Below are positions 10,801-24,000 of a stretch of 64,000 bases of DNA, one piece after another. The first letter of the stretch is position 1; each line of letters starts with the position of its first letter. The stretch is from Okamejei kenojei. Taxonomy: Eukaryota. The notes below the pieces were generated by a model. It did not search any database. It was given only the letters and a program-made list of their open reading frames with translations, and was not told the DNA's origin. The DNA lies in contig CM069168.1 in NCBI GenBank assembly GCA_035221665.1, positions 17,174,001 to 17,238,000 of the forward strand, written 5' to 3'. The translations under genes and the position numbers were made by a program.

Positions 10801-12009
10801 GTTCTCTTATTTTTGTCCTCTTTAGACACTAACTGTGGCAAAGAGGGAAAATGAAAAAAAAACCTGGTGTATTTTGCCTTGGTCTCCAATTTTTCCTCCC
10901 TGCTATTTTATCCCTCTGTTACGGTATCTTTTCTTAATCACAGTTTTTCCAATCCCCCCCCCCCTCTATTTTTCTGTCTTTCACACTCATTATTTTTATT
11001 CTCTGCCACATTCATCTGAAACTTAATAATTATAACATGTGGAGAAAATTAGATTTTGCTTCAAAGATGGGTCCGGTTGTATTATCTCTCTCCATTTTCT
11101 CTGGTGCATTGAACCCTTTTCCCCCAGATGTGTTCATCTGAAGCAGTCACTTTTTTTCACAATAAAATCACCTTTCTCAAATACAATTCCTCCTATGTAT
11201 TATCTCTATCAGCAATCTCAAATACCTTTGATATTATTGCCTCGTTCCAAGTCTGCTACAATAACCCTTTTTTCAAAATTGAATTTATCCTTTTGTTTTC
11301 TGCCACACAAGAAATCTATCTTGGTTTGGTGGCAGGTGATGATTATTTAGAGATACAGCACCAGAAACAGGCCATTCAGCCCACCAAGTCCCCGTGCTTG
11401 TGTTGTGTTTTTACTGTCTTCTTTCTCTGAATGCCTTTTCTCAAATGGTTTCCACTTTTACCTGGATATCTATTTCCTGTTTTCTACCAGCTGAATACCC
11501 ACTTTGTTTCCCATGTGGCCTAAAGCTCTAATTCCTGATATCTTGCGAAAATAAAAAGTCTCTCCTCTGTCCATTTCTCAGCCTGGTTCTGATGGAAGTT
11601 CAGACAGTTTATTGTGGCCCCTTCAGCTTTACAAAAGTCCCTTTCATTCCTTTCAATAATGGGGTGTGTGTTTGGAACTCCTGAACTCATGTGGCTTCTG
11701 TCTGAGGGTAGCAGCCTTGCACCAGTGGCCAACAATGTTCCAAGCCGCCGCCTCCCTTTGGCATTGAGTATTACATGCTTCATTTGAGGTGCAGGATACG
11801 GTGGAGATACCAGGAACTGCAAGTGCAGGTTTTGCAAGTTCTAGGAGAAGAATTAGGCCATTCGGCCCTTGGAGCAAACTGCAATGCAGATTCTAACCTA
11901 CCATCGCTCTCTCTTGCCTTGTTTCTCAGGTGCATTTCAGCTGAGTTGGACGCTGCCTTCTGAGGGATAAAACATTCTTCTTGCCCGGTGAAGAGTGCAG
12001 ACAAGACCA

Positions 12010-12046
12010 ATGTGGGGCAATCAATTTCAGTCCGCGTCCAAGTCAG
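12010..12046 (+). CDS. CCAR2: CCAR2 first coding exon (MWGNQFQSASKS); exon probably starts at 11930 including 5'UTR
   Basis: Acceptor tttctcag|11930, ATG at 12010, donor G|GTGTGT; phase 1 matches the next exon. Confidence 0.7.
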
Positions 12047-15000
12047 GTGTGTATTTGATCTGCTATTGTATTAACTTGCAATTTTCATCAGTCAATAAAC
12101 ATTCACAGTGTCCTCATCACCATTTGTTCCTCAGTTTCAGTTTTCCCCGTACCCCTAGTTCAGAAGGTCTAGCAGCAGAATAAGGCCATTTGGCCCATCG
12201 AGTCTTCTCTGCCATTCAATCACGGGTGATCTATCTCTCCCTCTTAACCCCATTCTCCTGCATCCGCCCCATAACCCCTGACACCCGTACTGATCAAGAA
12301 TCTGTTAATCTCCACCTTAAAGATATCTATCGACTTGGTTGGATGTGTTATTAAATTCCACAGATTCACCACCCTCTAACTAAGAAATTCCTCCCCATCT
12401 CCTTCCCAAAGGTACATCCTTTTATTCTGAGGCTGTGCCCTCTGGCCCTAGCCTCTCCCACCTGTGGAAACATCCTCTCCACATCCACACTATCCAGGCC
12501 GTTCACTATTCAAGAGTTCCCCCTTTCCCTTCTGTCACTTTGGCCCCAAGTCAACGTATCCTGTTCCTGATCATCCTCCGCAGCACACCCATTCCCATAA
12601 GGGATGTGTCATGTGTGTTTCCTGTTCCTCTTGCCAATGCATCACTCCAGCTGGCATGTAGTTGACAAGCTCTGAAGCCCAGTAATCTGCAGTAACTAGT
12701 GTTTCGTGGATACTGGTTACTCAGTTAGTGTCGGGTGTTGGAAAGATCAGTTTCTGAAAAGCAGCGAATATAATCAAAGGCTTGTTCCAACCCGCACATC
12801 CCTCCTTGTCCCCGTTCCTGTCGGGCAGAAGATACAGAAGCTTGAAAGCATGCATCACCAGACTCGGTAACAGTTTCTTCCCATCCATTATCAGGCTGCT
12901 GAACGGTCCTTCCATAAGTTAGGGTGCTGTCCGGTTCACCTCCACCCCCATTGTTCTCCCTGTGACCTCGTGCGTTTTTCCCGGGTGCTTCGTATTCCTT
13001 CCACTCTCCACAGATGTACATGTTTGTAGATTAATTGGCTTCGGTAAAAAATTGTAAATTGGCCCTAGTGTGTGGGATTGTGCCAGTGTGCGGGGCGATC
13101 GCTGGTCGGCGTGGACTGAAGGGCTTGTTTCTGTGCTGTATCTGCAGACTAAAAACTACCAATGAACCTTTGATAGACACAAAAAGTTGGAGTAACTCAG
13201 CGGGTCAGGCAGCATCTCTGGAGAAAAGGAATGGGTCTGAAGAAGGGTCTCGACCCGAAACGTCACCTGTCCCTTTTCTCCAGAGATCCTGCCTGACCCG
13301 CAGAGTTACTCCCGCTTTTTGTGTCTATCCTCAGTTTAAACCAGCATCTGCAGTTCCTTCCTACCAATGAACCTGTGTTCTTTCTCTAGGCTCGCATGGA
13401 GGCCAGCAACAGTCGCTGCTTGGACCTGGGCCACCATCCATGCAGCAGGCATTGCTACAGGTAACGTCGCGGGCTGTACTGATCCAGTGTGGGGCCTCAC
13501 CGAGATTGTGCTGGTGTCTGGGCAGATGTTTCGGGGGGGTGGGGAGGGGGGGTAAATGGGGGTGCTGATAATTATCCCTTGTGGTTGTCACTTGTGTTAT
13601 TGCTGGTGGCGGCAGTCATTAGGTTGGAATACCAGCAGGGGGTCTTTACGCTGGGACAATTGGCTTGGACCAGTAATGTTGTTGCAGATTCCAGGGGTGG
13701 GCATAATACTGGCGTAGGATGTTACTGGAGCTAGGTTACCAGTGCGGCTTTACTTATGGTGGGAGTATCATTGCTGACTGTCAGCTGGAGAAAAATCGGC
13801 GGTGAGAGAATAATATTGGTGGGCAGTAACTTGATCGGAATAATATTAGAGGGGTAATCTAAGTTTAAGATAGACATAATAATGTGGCTTGTCGATGGAT
13901 GGGGTGATGAGGATCAGTTCCTGACGGAGAGGCTGAAATGTTGCCGCTTGGCATGGATGTGTTCGTGAGGGCTGTCGCTTGGTGGGGAATAATGTCACCT
14001 GCGTTCTCGTGTGGCAGGCGGATTAATGTCGGAGGGTCATGATACAGGGTGGTAGACAAAAATGCTGGAGAAACTCAGCGGGTGAGGCAGCATCTGTGGA
14101 GTGAAGGAAAAAGGCGACCCGAAACGTCTCCTTTTTCCTTCGCTCCACAGATGCTGCCTCACCCGCTGAGTTTCTCCAGCATTTTTGTGTGCCTTCGATT
14201 TTTCCAGCATCTGCAGTTTCTTCTTAAACATGTCACAGGGTGGTGTCAGTGTGTGGGGGTTGTCACTTGATGTGGAGAGTCAATGTGGGGATCGGGCCAG
14301 TCACTTGTCTGGATATAATTTCGATTAATGAGAGGGAAACGGAGTTAGGGAATACTGAATGAGGGTGTCGACGGGGCCAATATGGAGCAGTGACATTGTG
14401 TGTTTTTGATGCTTTCTGATCTAATTCATATTAAATATTGTCGAGCCAGCTCAGGATTTCTGAAGCTTAACAAGCTAAATTGCAATCCTGCTGCATATCC
14501 CTGGTTTTCTAGCACCCAGCTGCTCACATCGGAGCCAGATGACCTGGAGTAGAGTACGCATTTTGCATTAAAACATGAGGCGTTCCACATTTCCACACTC
14601 TGCCCATGGTTTGCAAATCAGTGATGTGCCCTTTCACTCTCAGGCTTTGTACTGGTTCCCGGTGGAGACACAGTCTTCGCATTTCAGAAGCCCAATCTCA
14701 GCATCAGACTCCCGACCCTCACCCGTCCCACCAACTTGGATCTGGAACCAGGGCAGGCCTGAGAGTGAGTCCAGGTGGTGCTTTGGTTCACTCTGGACTT
14801 GAATATCATTCTCATGTATTTTAAAATTAACTTTTCTCTTCAATAATTCATGGGCCATCTGGCACCTGCTCTGATTGCTGTGACAATTGTTCTGTTCTCT
14901 AACCACCTCACTTGCTTTTCTCTTTCAGCCTTCACTGCTGTTGAGGGTACGCACACAAGGTGTTGCAGGTTGCTTGTTTTCTCAATAAATGCCTAAGATG

Positions 15001-18000
15001 CCTTGTGATTTCCCTCTTTATGGTGTAGTCTCAGTCGGGCCAGAGCAGCATTGAGGCCCTGCTGTCCGATAGTTTTTAATGTACAAAGTATTTGTCTTGG
15101 CAGCTACTTTTCAAGTTGCTGGTCGTTGCATCAAAGCAAAATCACTCGGCACTCGAGTTGCTGCGCCATTCCCTTTCTCACCTCTACCTGTCTCCTCCAC
15201 CTATGCATCGCACCCATCCCATCTCTGCTGAACTCCTGACCCATGCTTCCTTTAGTTGCATCCAAACCACAGTTCTGTTGGAAGCTCGTCTAAAGCTCCA
15301 TTTCTTGCATAAAGTCTGCAATCGTCATCGTCGTCCCCTCCCCCCCCGTTCTTCTCCCCCTCCACCCCAACCTCTCCTCTTTACCTCTTGCTGCCCACCT
15401 ACACTGGCTCGTGATCTGGTGGGAATGAGCGGTGCCTTTGTCTTTGTCACCCCCTTCCCCATCCCTACAGCTCGCTCTAATTCTTGTGTTCCTCAAATTC
15501 TGGCCTCGCCATACCCGCCATCCGTCGCTTTCCACCAGTATCTCCAGCCATGTAGAGCCCCGGAACTCTATTCCTAAACCTAACAAATGTCTCTTCATTT
15601 AAGAAAATTCTGCTCTAACATGTTATGCAGTTTGCAAATGTTGTCTGACAGCAACCTTTGAAGGTTCTTGGGACACGTTGCTACATTAAAGGTGCTGTGT
15701 TAAAGCAAGTTGCTGCTGTGGGGAACTTGCATTGTCATAGCACACCCCCGATGGACGGCCAGTGTTATTATTACAACAGAAGAGGTTTAAGACAGGAAAT
15801 GTGGCAAACCATTTAGACACAGAAGAATGCTGCAAGTGACAAATTAGCTGATTAAATGGTCAATCTGTATGATGGATGAGTGCTGGCCAGGACACCAGAC
15901 AGCAGATGGAGCCATAGTTTTATGTCAACTTGCGTGTGGAAGAGTGCAGTGTGAGCTGTTCATTTACCTGGGCAGGCAGGGCTGCAATTACACAGGTCTT
16001 GCTCACTACTTGGTCTTCATTGATCATTGCTCTTTATCAGCTGATGGTAACCTTTTGTTCTACACTTCTTGGCGTAAATAATTGACAGCATTATTAGGGT
16101 GGTACTTTGAAGGGTGCGGGTGCCACCCATTCATTATAAACCGGATGAGAAACAGGAATGATCAGATTTGATTGGGAGTTCCCTTGCAGTTAAATGCCAG
16201 TCTGACGCTTGGCTGGCAAGCTTGTGAGCATAGTGCTTCTGCCCTGAGAAGGTATGCTGCTGGAGATTTGTTGTCCCTTTGAATGATAATGACACTGGTT
16301 CTGTTGCTATTGGCAGGACCACCAGCAGTCAGGCCAATCGCAGAAGCAGCGAGTGTTTACAGGAGTGGTCACAAGTCTCCACGACTACTATGGGTTCATT
16401 GACGAGGAAGTGTTGTTCCATTTGAAGTAAGTGGTGCTTGAACCAGTAGAGAGTGTAGTATTGGAAGCTCCTCTTAATGGATCCCTTATCTCCCCTCCCT
16501 CCCCTCCCCCCACGCTGTTTTGGCCACTGAGCCATTCAGATCCCACTTGCTCCAAGCTCGATTACAAGATTGTGTAATGGCTGACATTTGTGTCCTGCTT
16601 AACGGGAGAGTTTTGCTGCGAGATCCTGTCACTGATCTCTGGAAGAGCTTTGGACAGTTCCCACAGTCACCAGCCTGTCAGAATGTGCTGTTCATGCAAA
16701 CATGGGCACTTTCAAGAACTGCCAAAAGCTGTTGGGCAGTGAGTGGTCCCTGCATCTTGTGACTTCACCCTCCATGCCCTTCCGGCTGTGGTCCTCAGTG
16801 TTAATGGGGCATTGTGTCCAGTGGGATAGTTAGTGCCTCATAACTTTGCCCTGAGCGATCAGTCGCCCATGCCCACTTTGGGATGCCCCTATCTTTGGGA
16901 GTATTGTATGTTGCGCTGACAGCAGTGGGTGGTATGTGCAAGAGTTGTGATCTGTGCGTGTGTTTGTATTGCAGTGTGGTGAAGGGTCGGATGCCCCAGG
17001 TTGGGGAGCGAGTACTGGTGAAGGCGGTGTACAACTCTAGTCACTCAGTGCAATGGAGCGCACTGAAAGTCCAAGTGCAGCCCACTCAGGTACAGGCTTT
17101 AGTGCAGTGCCCAGGAACCATGACAGGCAGCTTAGAATACCGCATTCATCTCTTGCAGTTCAGTTTGTATAAAGCCTCCAATGTCCCTTTTGTGAAGGGA
17201 ATTTATGAGATTTAGACACCTCACCGCTACTAACCCTTCATTTTTCTCCCCATCCCAAAACTTAGGCTCTGTTTCCTTCAGCTGCTCCTCTCGAATCCCC
17301 TTTCTTTTTCACTCACCTCTAGATTCTTGAATGCCTCAGAACCGCATCCCTGTCCCTCCAAACTCTTTGTCCTTTTCTAAACACCATGTGCCTTTTGGTT
17401 TGTGGCCCCTCAGTGCTGGGTGGCAATGGCTAGTTGTACTTGTTGCATAGTATGATGCTGAGACTGGAACTGAAAGTAGATAGAGTAGTCGGCTGGTCAG
17501 CACACACTCGCTCATTGCTTCCTCCCAGGAGCTCCCGTCAGCCGTGCAGTTCGTGTGATACGAGGTTCTGTTCCCATCGATGCTCGTGGCTGTGCAGGGA
17601 TCCGCTGGAACTGGCGATGGAGGTCTCGCGGCAACACCAGGCACTCTTCATTAATGGCTCCTTTGCTTTGCAGGTTTGATTTGAGCTGAGGTGGTGTAAC
17701 ACAAGGACAATATGCTCTTCTCTACCCTGCCACATCCCACTGGAACCCAAAGCACAACACCCCCCGTTCCCCACCCCCCACTCCACCCCACCCATCTAAA
17801 CCCAAACAAGGTTTAAACCAGGGGTGTCAAAATACCGTCCCGCAGAGGGGTCCAATCCGGCCTGTGGGATGATTTGGGAGGGGGGGGGGGGGTATATTCA
17901 CGGCCATTTATTATGTATCTATGGCAATTGCTCTCTCTCGCCGTTGTCTGTGTCGCCTGCTGCCCCGTCCACCTCTCCGTGAACAGCCCGCGGTTGCCAA

Positions 18001-21000
18001 GGGGATGATTGCCACCGGCAACCACTGTCAAACAGATAAGATGGCAGAGCTGAGCTCCCCCTGGCCTCGGGCTGGATGGCTGACTGACATTCGCGTGTGC
18101 ACAACTGATCCGGCCCGCGTGAAGTTGCAATTTGCCCAATCCAGCCCGTGACTTAAAATTAGTTTTGACACCCCTGCTTTAAACGCAATAAGCCTCTGCT
18201 TGTCCTGTGTCTCTCACCCAGTGTAAATGGCTGAGGTTCCAGATGGCATTTGCCCCCAATACGTTTCTGAGTTTTCCGGAATCGTTTTTCCCCAGCAGAA
18301 GCCTCCCTCATGTTGACTCCTTGTGTTGTAATCATTTCTCATTGCAGAACCCATCGCACATGATGTCTGGGCAGAAGCAAGGCATCCTTGGAGCCAAGCC
18401 CCAGCCACAGCCTCTGCTCCAAGCGCCACGCATTCCCTCCCTGCTCTCTTCACAGCCACTGCTTTCTCAGCTTCCCCACAAACGTGAGTATCAACACTCG
18501 AGCACAACAGAAAAGTGCCTCAAGTACTCACCACTTGACACTGACAATAATCTCATCAACATCATCTCTTACTCATTAGTCCCATGCGGCAAATTGATCT
18601 CCACTCAGCTTCACTCCATTGGTCACCTCCCCATTTCACAGTCAGACTTTTGAAGTTTTTGTTCCCCTTGAAGTTTGCACAACTGGGGGCACATTGGGGC
18701 AGCGGGTAATGCTGTTGCTGTGGAGTTTGCGAGTTCTCTCTCTGACCGCGTGGCCTACCTTCCAATGCTCCAGTTCCCTCCCGCATCCCAAAGGCGTTCA
18801 GGTTTGTAGGTGGTTCGGCCTCTAAATTACCCCTCCTGTGCAGGGAGTGGATATGAAAGTGGGATAACTAGAGTGAATGGGGATCAATGGTTGGCAGGAA
18901 CTCAGTGGGCTGAACGACCTGTATCCATGCTGTATCCCTAAACCAAACTAAGCTCTAAAGGCCTGCACCCCTGTTTCCATTCATGAGAGATGGGGTCCTG
19001 CATTGCCAGGCAACTAGTGCTGCTGGAGGGACTGGACTTCAGAGGGAGCTGCACTGTAGGGTTGGTAGAACTATGTGAATGGTGAGATTGCATTGGGACA
19101 CTGCATCGCTGGATTGGAGCTGCTGCAGGAGCCACTCACTCTGAATGGATATCTTTTGATTGCGATATCCATTTTTATCATTAAATCAGCTTCACTCAAC
19201 TGATTATCTGGTCTGTGTCACTTTACTTCTCGTAGCAACTCGCTGTGTACAGCTTGGCTACTATATTCCCTTCATAAAAATAATGCCCGCAGCTTGCTCC
19301 TTCATTGGCTTCAAATTGTTATGAGATTTGTTGTGATCGCAAACGTGTTATACCAATGCAAATCTCTCTTCCAATGTATAAGAACAGATAATGTTTAACA
19401 CACCACAACCAGCCTTGGGTTAGTCTGTTTACCTTTCATATGGGTGAAAAGTTCTAATTGCTCATGTTCTTTTTCCATATCCCCTTCTACATAATCTAAT
19501 CTTGAATATTGGTAGTTTCACCCGCTCATCCTTAGTGGATTTCATAACCTCGCAGGTGTCTGTTGTGTCTACACATAAATTATGTACATATATGATTAAT
19601 GTACACCAGTTTTATTGATGTATGTCGCAATTGAAAACTGCTTGCTTCAATCCTTTGCCATACTTTCGTCAGTTTTAGCATTTCTATTGTGATTGGTACC
19701 AATTTTTCAATGCTGCCTTGATTATTTCCTTGGGCCAGACAAAATAGTTGTCACTCTAAAGCTTTATTATACCTAAACCTGTCCCCCACTCGCCCTCCTC
19801 AGGGCTGATGGCTCCCGCCAGACATTTGTATTATATTCTACACAATGCTGTAAATGTTGTGTGGTCCATACTTGTGGCTTCCAGCATTGTGCCACTGATC
19901 AGATTTGGTCACAGATGAAGTGCCAGGAAATGGTGTTGGTAAATATAATTGTGGTCATAGTTGCACACTTTAGAGTTTAGTCAAGGCGTGAAAACAGCCT
20001 CTTTGGCTCACCTCGTCCATGCCGACCAGCGATCGTTAGCGCTATTCTGCGCGCTAGGGACAATTTACAGCTAACAGAAGCCAATGAAACTACAAACCTG
20101 CACGTCTTTGTAGTGTGGGAGCTAACTGGAGCACCCAGAGATGGCCCACGCAGTCACAGGGACAACATCGAAACTTTTCTTCTCGGGTCTATCATGCTGT
20201 AAGGCAACAACTCTACCTCTGTGCCGCCTGGGTTCATGACTCTCTATAAATCATGTACAGCAAAAGCAGAAAGTGATAGAAACTGTTAGCAGACCAGTCA
20301 GCACCTGCGGAAAGAGAAACAAATTCCTAAAATCTCCTGTGCTTTCTGAGCATTAAGCCTGTTCCCATGTTTCTAGCTGCTTTTAGCATTTGCATTGCGA
20401 ATGCCAAACTCTGCCTGTTGAACTTCAGTCTTTTCTCATCTTGGCAGTGTACTGATCACTTTTAGCCCATGCGCAAAGACTAGGGTGGCATGCTAATCCA
20501 GGTCATACTTTCCACCATTTCACCTCAACCACAGAGCCCACATAACGATGTTTGGTTCAAACTAAAGTTATGGAAGAAAATAAGAGTTAGACCATTTCTG
20601 CATTTCTCGTGTTTTCCATGAGTGGTCTCTGCCCTCGTGCGGTCTGCATTGTGAAAGATTGTGCTTTTTTAACGACTTCTCTCTTTTTACCTCTTCTCTG
20701 TTATCTCTGCCCAACCTGACTCCTCCTGCCCTCTGTGTCCCTCTTCCCCACTCTCAAATCCCCACCTGACTCACCCCCCTCTACTCCACCTGGCTCCCTT
20801 CCCTCCCAACCCCTGTACCCCACCCATGCACACTCTCCGTTCCCTGTTGTCTCCCCACCCCTCGCCTTCCAGCTGGTTTGCTGCAGCCCCTGGTTCACTT
20901 GGGTCCCCATGGCCAGCTCGGTCGCAGGATGGACATGGGAATGCGGTCAATGGGCAGGAATGGCCGCATGGACATGGGTCGCAGAGGTGACAGAAGGTAA

Positions 21001-24000
21001 ATACACTCGCGTTCCTGCAAGTTTGAGAAACGTTTTTTTATCGCCAGGTTCAAAAGTTCACTAGTGATAGGACATAATTAGGCCATTTGACCCATCTAGT
21101 CTACTCCGCCATTTAATCTTGGCCAATCTATCTTTCCATCTTAACCCCATTCCCCTGCCTTCTCCCCATAACCCCTGGCACCCGTACTAATCATTTGGCG
21201 GTGGTGGTTGTTTTAGTTGGGGCTTTGGGGATCACATTCTTGGAAGTCCCAGCTCATGTAGGCTCAGTGCTGGCAGTGACCTCTCCTGCAGTGTGGGGCG
21301 AGGCAGTTGCGAGCCCCGTCTGATACCAGGGTCATGGCATCACCTAATGCAGTGACCAGTCTGGCTCTGAAAGTGAGCTCTCATTGTGCGTTGAGTATCA
21401 GTGCGAGTTCACTCTCCGTGTTGCAAGCCTGACTCTCTGGTCTGAGTGTGAGCTTTCAGCACGTCCGCAGGTTTTCGTGTTTCTTCTTTCTCGGTATAGA
21501 GGAAAATGTCTTCCAGCTTGGGCGTGGCGTACTCTTTTTCGGTTGTATTGGAGGCATTCCGCCTGATGTTGCTCGTGATCAAAGTTGCCGATTATCTCTC
21601 GATGTTTACCCCTTGTTTATTCCCCACACAGGGACAATTATAAGCGGATGGGCCAGGGCTCCCACAAAAGGTATCAGGATATGGCATCCGGGGAAGGGCC
21701 CGCCAAAAAGGCACGACATTACATTCCCTCCTACAATGTGCAGTACTCCCGCTTCTGCCTGGACAGGTACCGGGCCCTTTCAATGCTTACATGCTTGTTG
21801 TAACCTCTGTCTTTCTGTGTGAACCGTGCAGAATCAGCAGCCTGGTCGCTTCAGGCTCTGTACAGCTCGAGAGTGGTGGCTAAGATTGGCACCATGTCAC
21901 TCATGAGTATTTGTTGGTTACAGAGCACTGGGCTGGCTGTTGTTCACCTGAGTTGATGAGTGGTGTTGGCTGCCTGCTTGATTATTGAGGCATCAACGGA
22001 CTGCCGTGCCGTTTCTACTGCTCTTGTTTGCAAAGCTTAGTGACTTGAAATCCCAAATGTGCAATGAGACAGACTATTCACCACCTTCTTGCAGGGTAGT
22101 GAGACACATTGTCTGTGAATCGTTGTTGGGACAAGTTGGGCTATGAATTCTTGTCGGAGCCACGGGTTTGGGTGTGATTGCTTGGATGCTCGCTGGGTGA
22201 TGGATCGGATTGAATCACAGAGTAGTAGAATATGTCTGTGATTCCCATGGGGGGGGGGGGACAGGTGAGACTGGAACACTCACATGCACAGTGGAGGGAG
22301 GGGATACTCTAGGTCTGTGGCTCCCCACGTGAGGTTAATCCAGGTTGATCAATCCCATTTGTGGTCCCTCGCTATCTTGCTCTGGAGATTTGGAAAGAAG
22401 GCAAACCTGTACTGAGCTTTGTGTAAGAAAGAACTGCAGATGCTGAAAAATAGAAGGTAGACACAAAATGGTCAAGTAATTCAGTGGTTGAGGCAGCATC
22501 TCTGGAGAGTGACGTTTCGGGTCTCGGCCTGAAACGTCACCATTCCTTCTTTCCAGAGATGCTGCCTCACCCGCTGAGTTACTCCAGCATTTTGTGTCTA
22601 CCTGTACTGAGCTTGTCGGCTTAATGACCTGCACCTATATCTATTAAGTGCCATGGAAAGGACCAGTTGGCTGAGCAACACTGTCACCGGTCAATGGAGA
22701 ATGCCCTCAGTGACTTGCAGTATATTGACAGAATGGCTTTGGAGATCTGCGGTGATGGATTGTCTGTGTGGAGTGTCCTCTGTAGGTTCACGGTGATGGA
22801 ATGTGAGTGTCAAATTAAGTCAAGAGTCTTTTTGTCTGAAGAAGGGTCTCGACCCAAAACGTCACCCATTCCTTCTCTCTAGAGACACTGTCCCAGCGTT
22901 GTGTGTCTACCAAATAAACCAGCATCTGCAATTCCTTCCTACACAATAATATTTTTTTATTATCGTATGCCCTGAAACAGAACAACGAAATTCTCACTTG
23001 CAGCATCGTAACAGATTTGTGATCATTGTCCTATAACAACAAGTAAAGTTCGGTATATATATATTTTGTTTTAAAACAATAATAGTGCAAAAATAAAAAC
23101 AATGCCCCCAAGTCTAAGTAGTTTGGAGCTTATTTGGAGGTAGTAGTGTTTAATAGCCTGATGCTTGTAGGTCCACAGTGACAGATTGCCTGTGAACAGA
23201 CTTAATGTTAATGTGAACAGATTTCTTCTCGCCAGGGATGCTGCCTGTCCCTCTGAGTTACTCCAGCATTTTGTGTCTACCGCACATTAACAGATGGTCC
23301 TCTGCTTCTCCCTTTAGTGCTGCTTGTGATACCATTGAAGTGCAGCGGCGCTACCCGTGCCTCAACATCCCGGACACATTTTTCGATGGCAGGCTGGGCT
23401 GGGTGAATACATTCCCATTGACCGAACCTTTTCAGTTAGGCCAGAAGTCTGTTTTCCACGTGATGGAGAAAGGGCTGGAACCAACTGAGGAACAAGATGG
23501 TCAAATGGATCCTCCTGATGCTGACTCCACCTACAGTGCCAAGGTGAGCGGCAATGGGGGTTGTTTGGGATCAAACTGGTTTTGGAAGCAGTGCTATTTT
23601 TAAGGAACCTATCACTCTAATACTAACTCCATTGTTTCGATTTCATTAAGTCGGTACTAACCCATTCAACAGATTGAAGACTCAACATTTCAGATCATAG
23701 TGCGAGCCTAGATTTGGAAGTAAACTAATTATCTTTCACATTCGATAGTAGTGGACAGGGAGATATCCATTTACCAACTTCCATATGACATATGTAAAGT
23801 TCTGCAAAAGGAATTGTTAGTTAAAGTTAACATAACTGAAGATAAACTATTGATCTGGTTTAAGATTTGCCTGAACAGCAGTGGTTAGAAACAGGCAGGC
23901 AAAGTGTGACTGGAGGTGTCCAGAAAGTATGTTGGGCCATGGTTACCAGCTGTAACAAATAAATCACTGAGCTAATGGGACAGAAAGCCACGTGTTCATC

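Noticed and set aside
9129-10854. GC-rich and Phe/Leu/Ser-rich ORFs around the CCAR2 promoter
   Set aside because: Stop-poor CpG island and pyrimidine low-complexity tracts; no domain similarity
14400-16100. Possible intronic snoRNA or tRNA genes
   Set aside because: No convincing C/D box pair with terminal stem, H/ACA double hairpin or cloverleaf by eye; tRNA-like boxes elsewhere belong to SINEs
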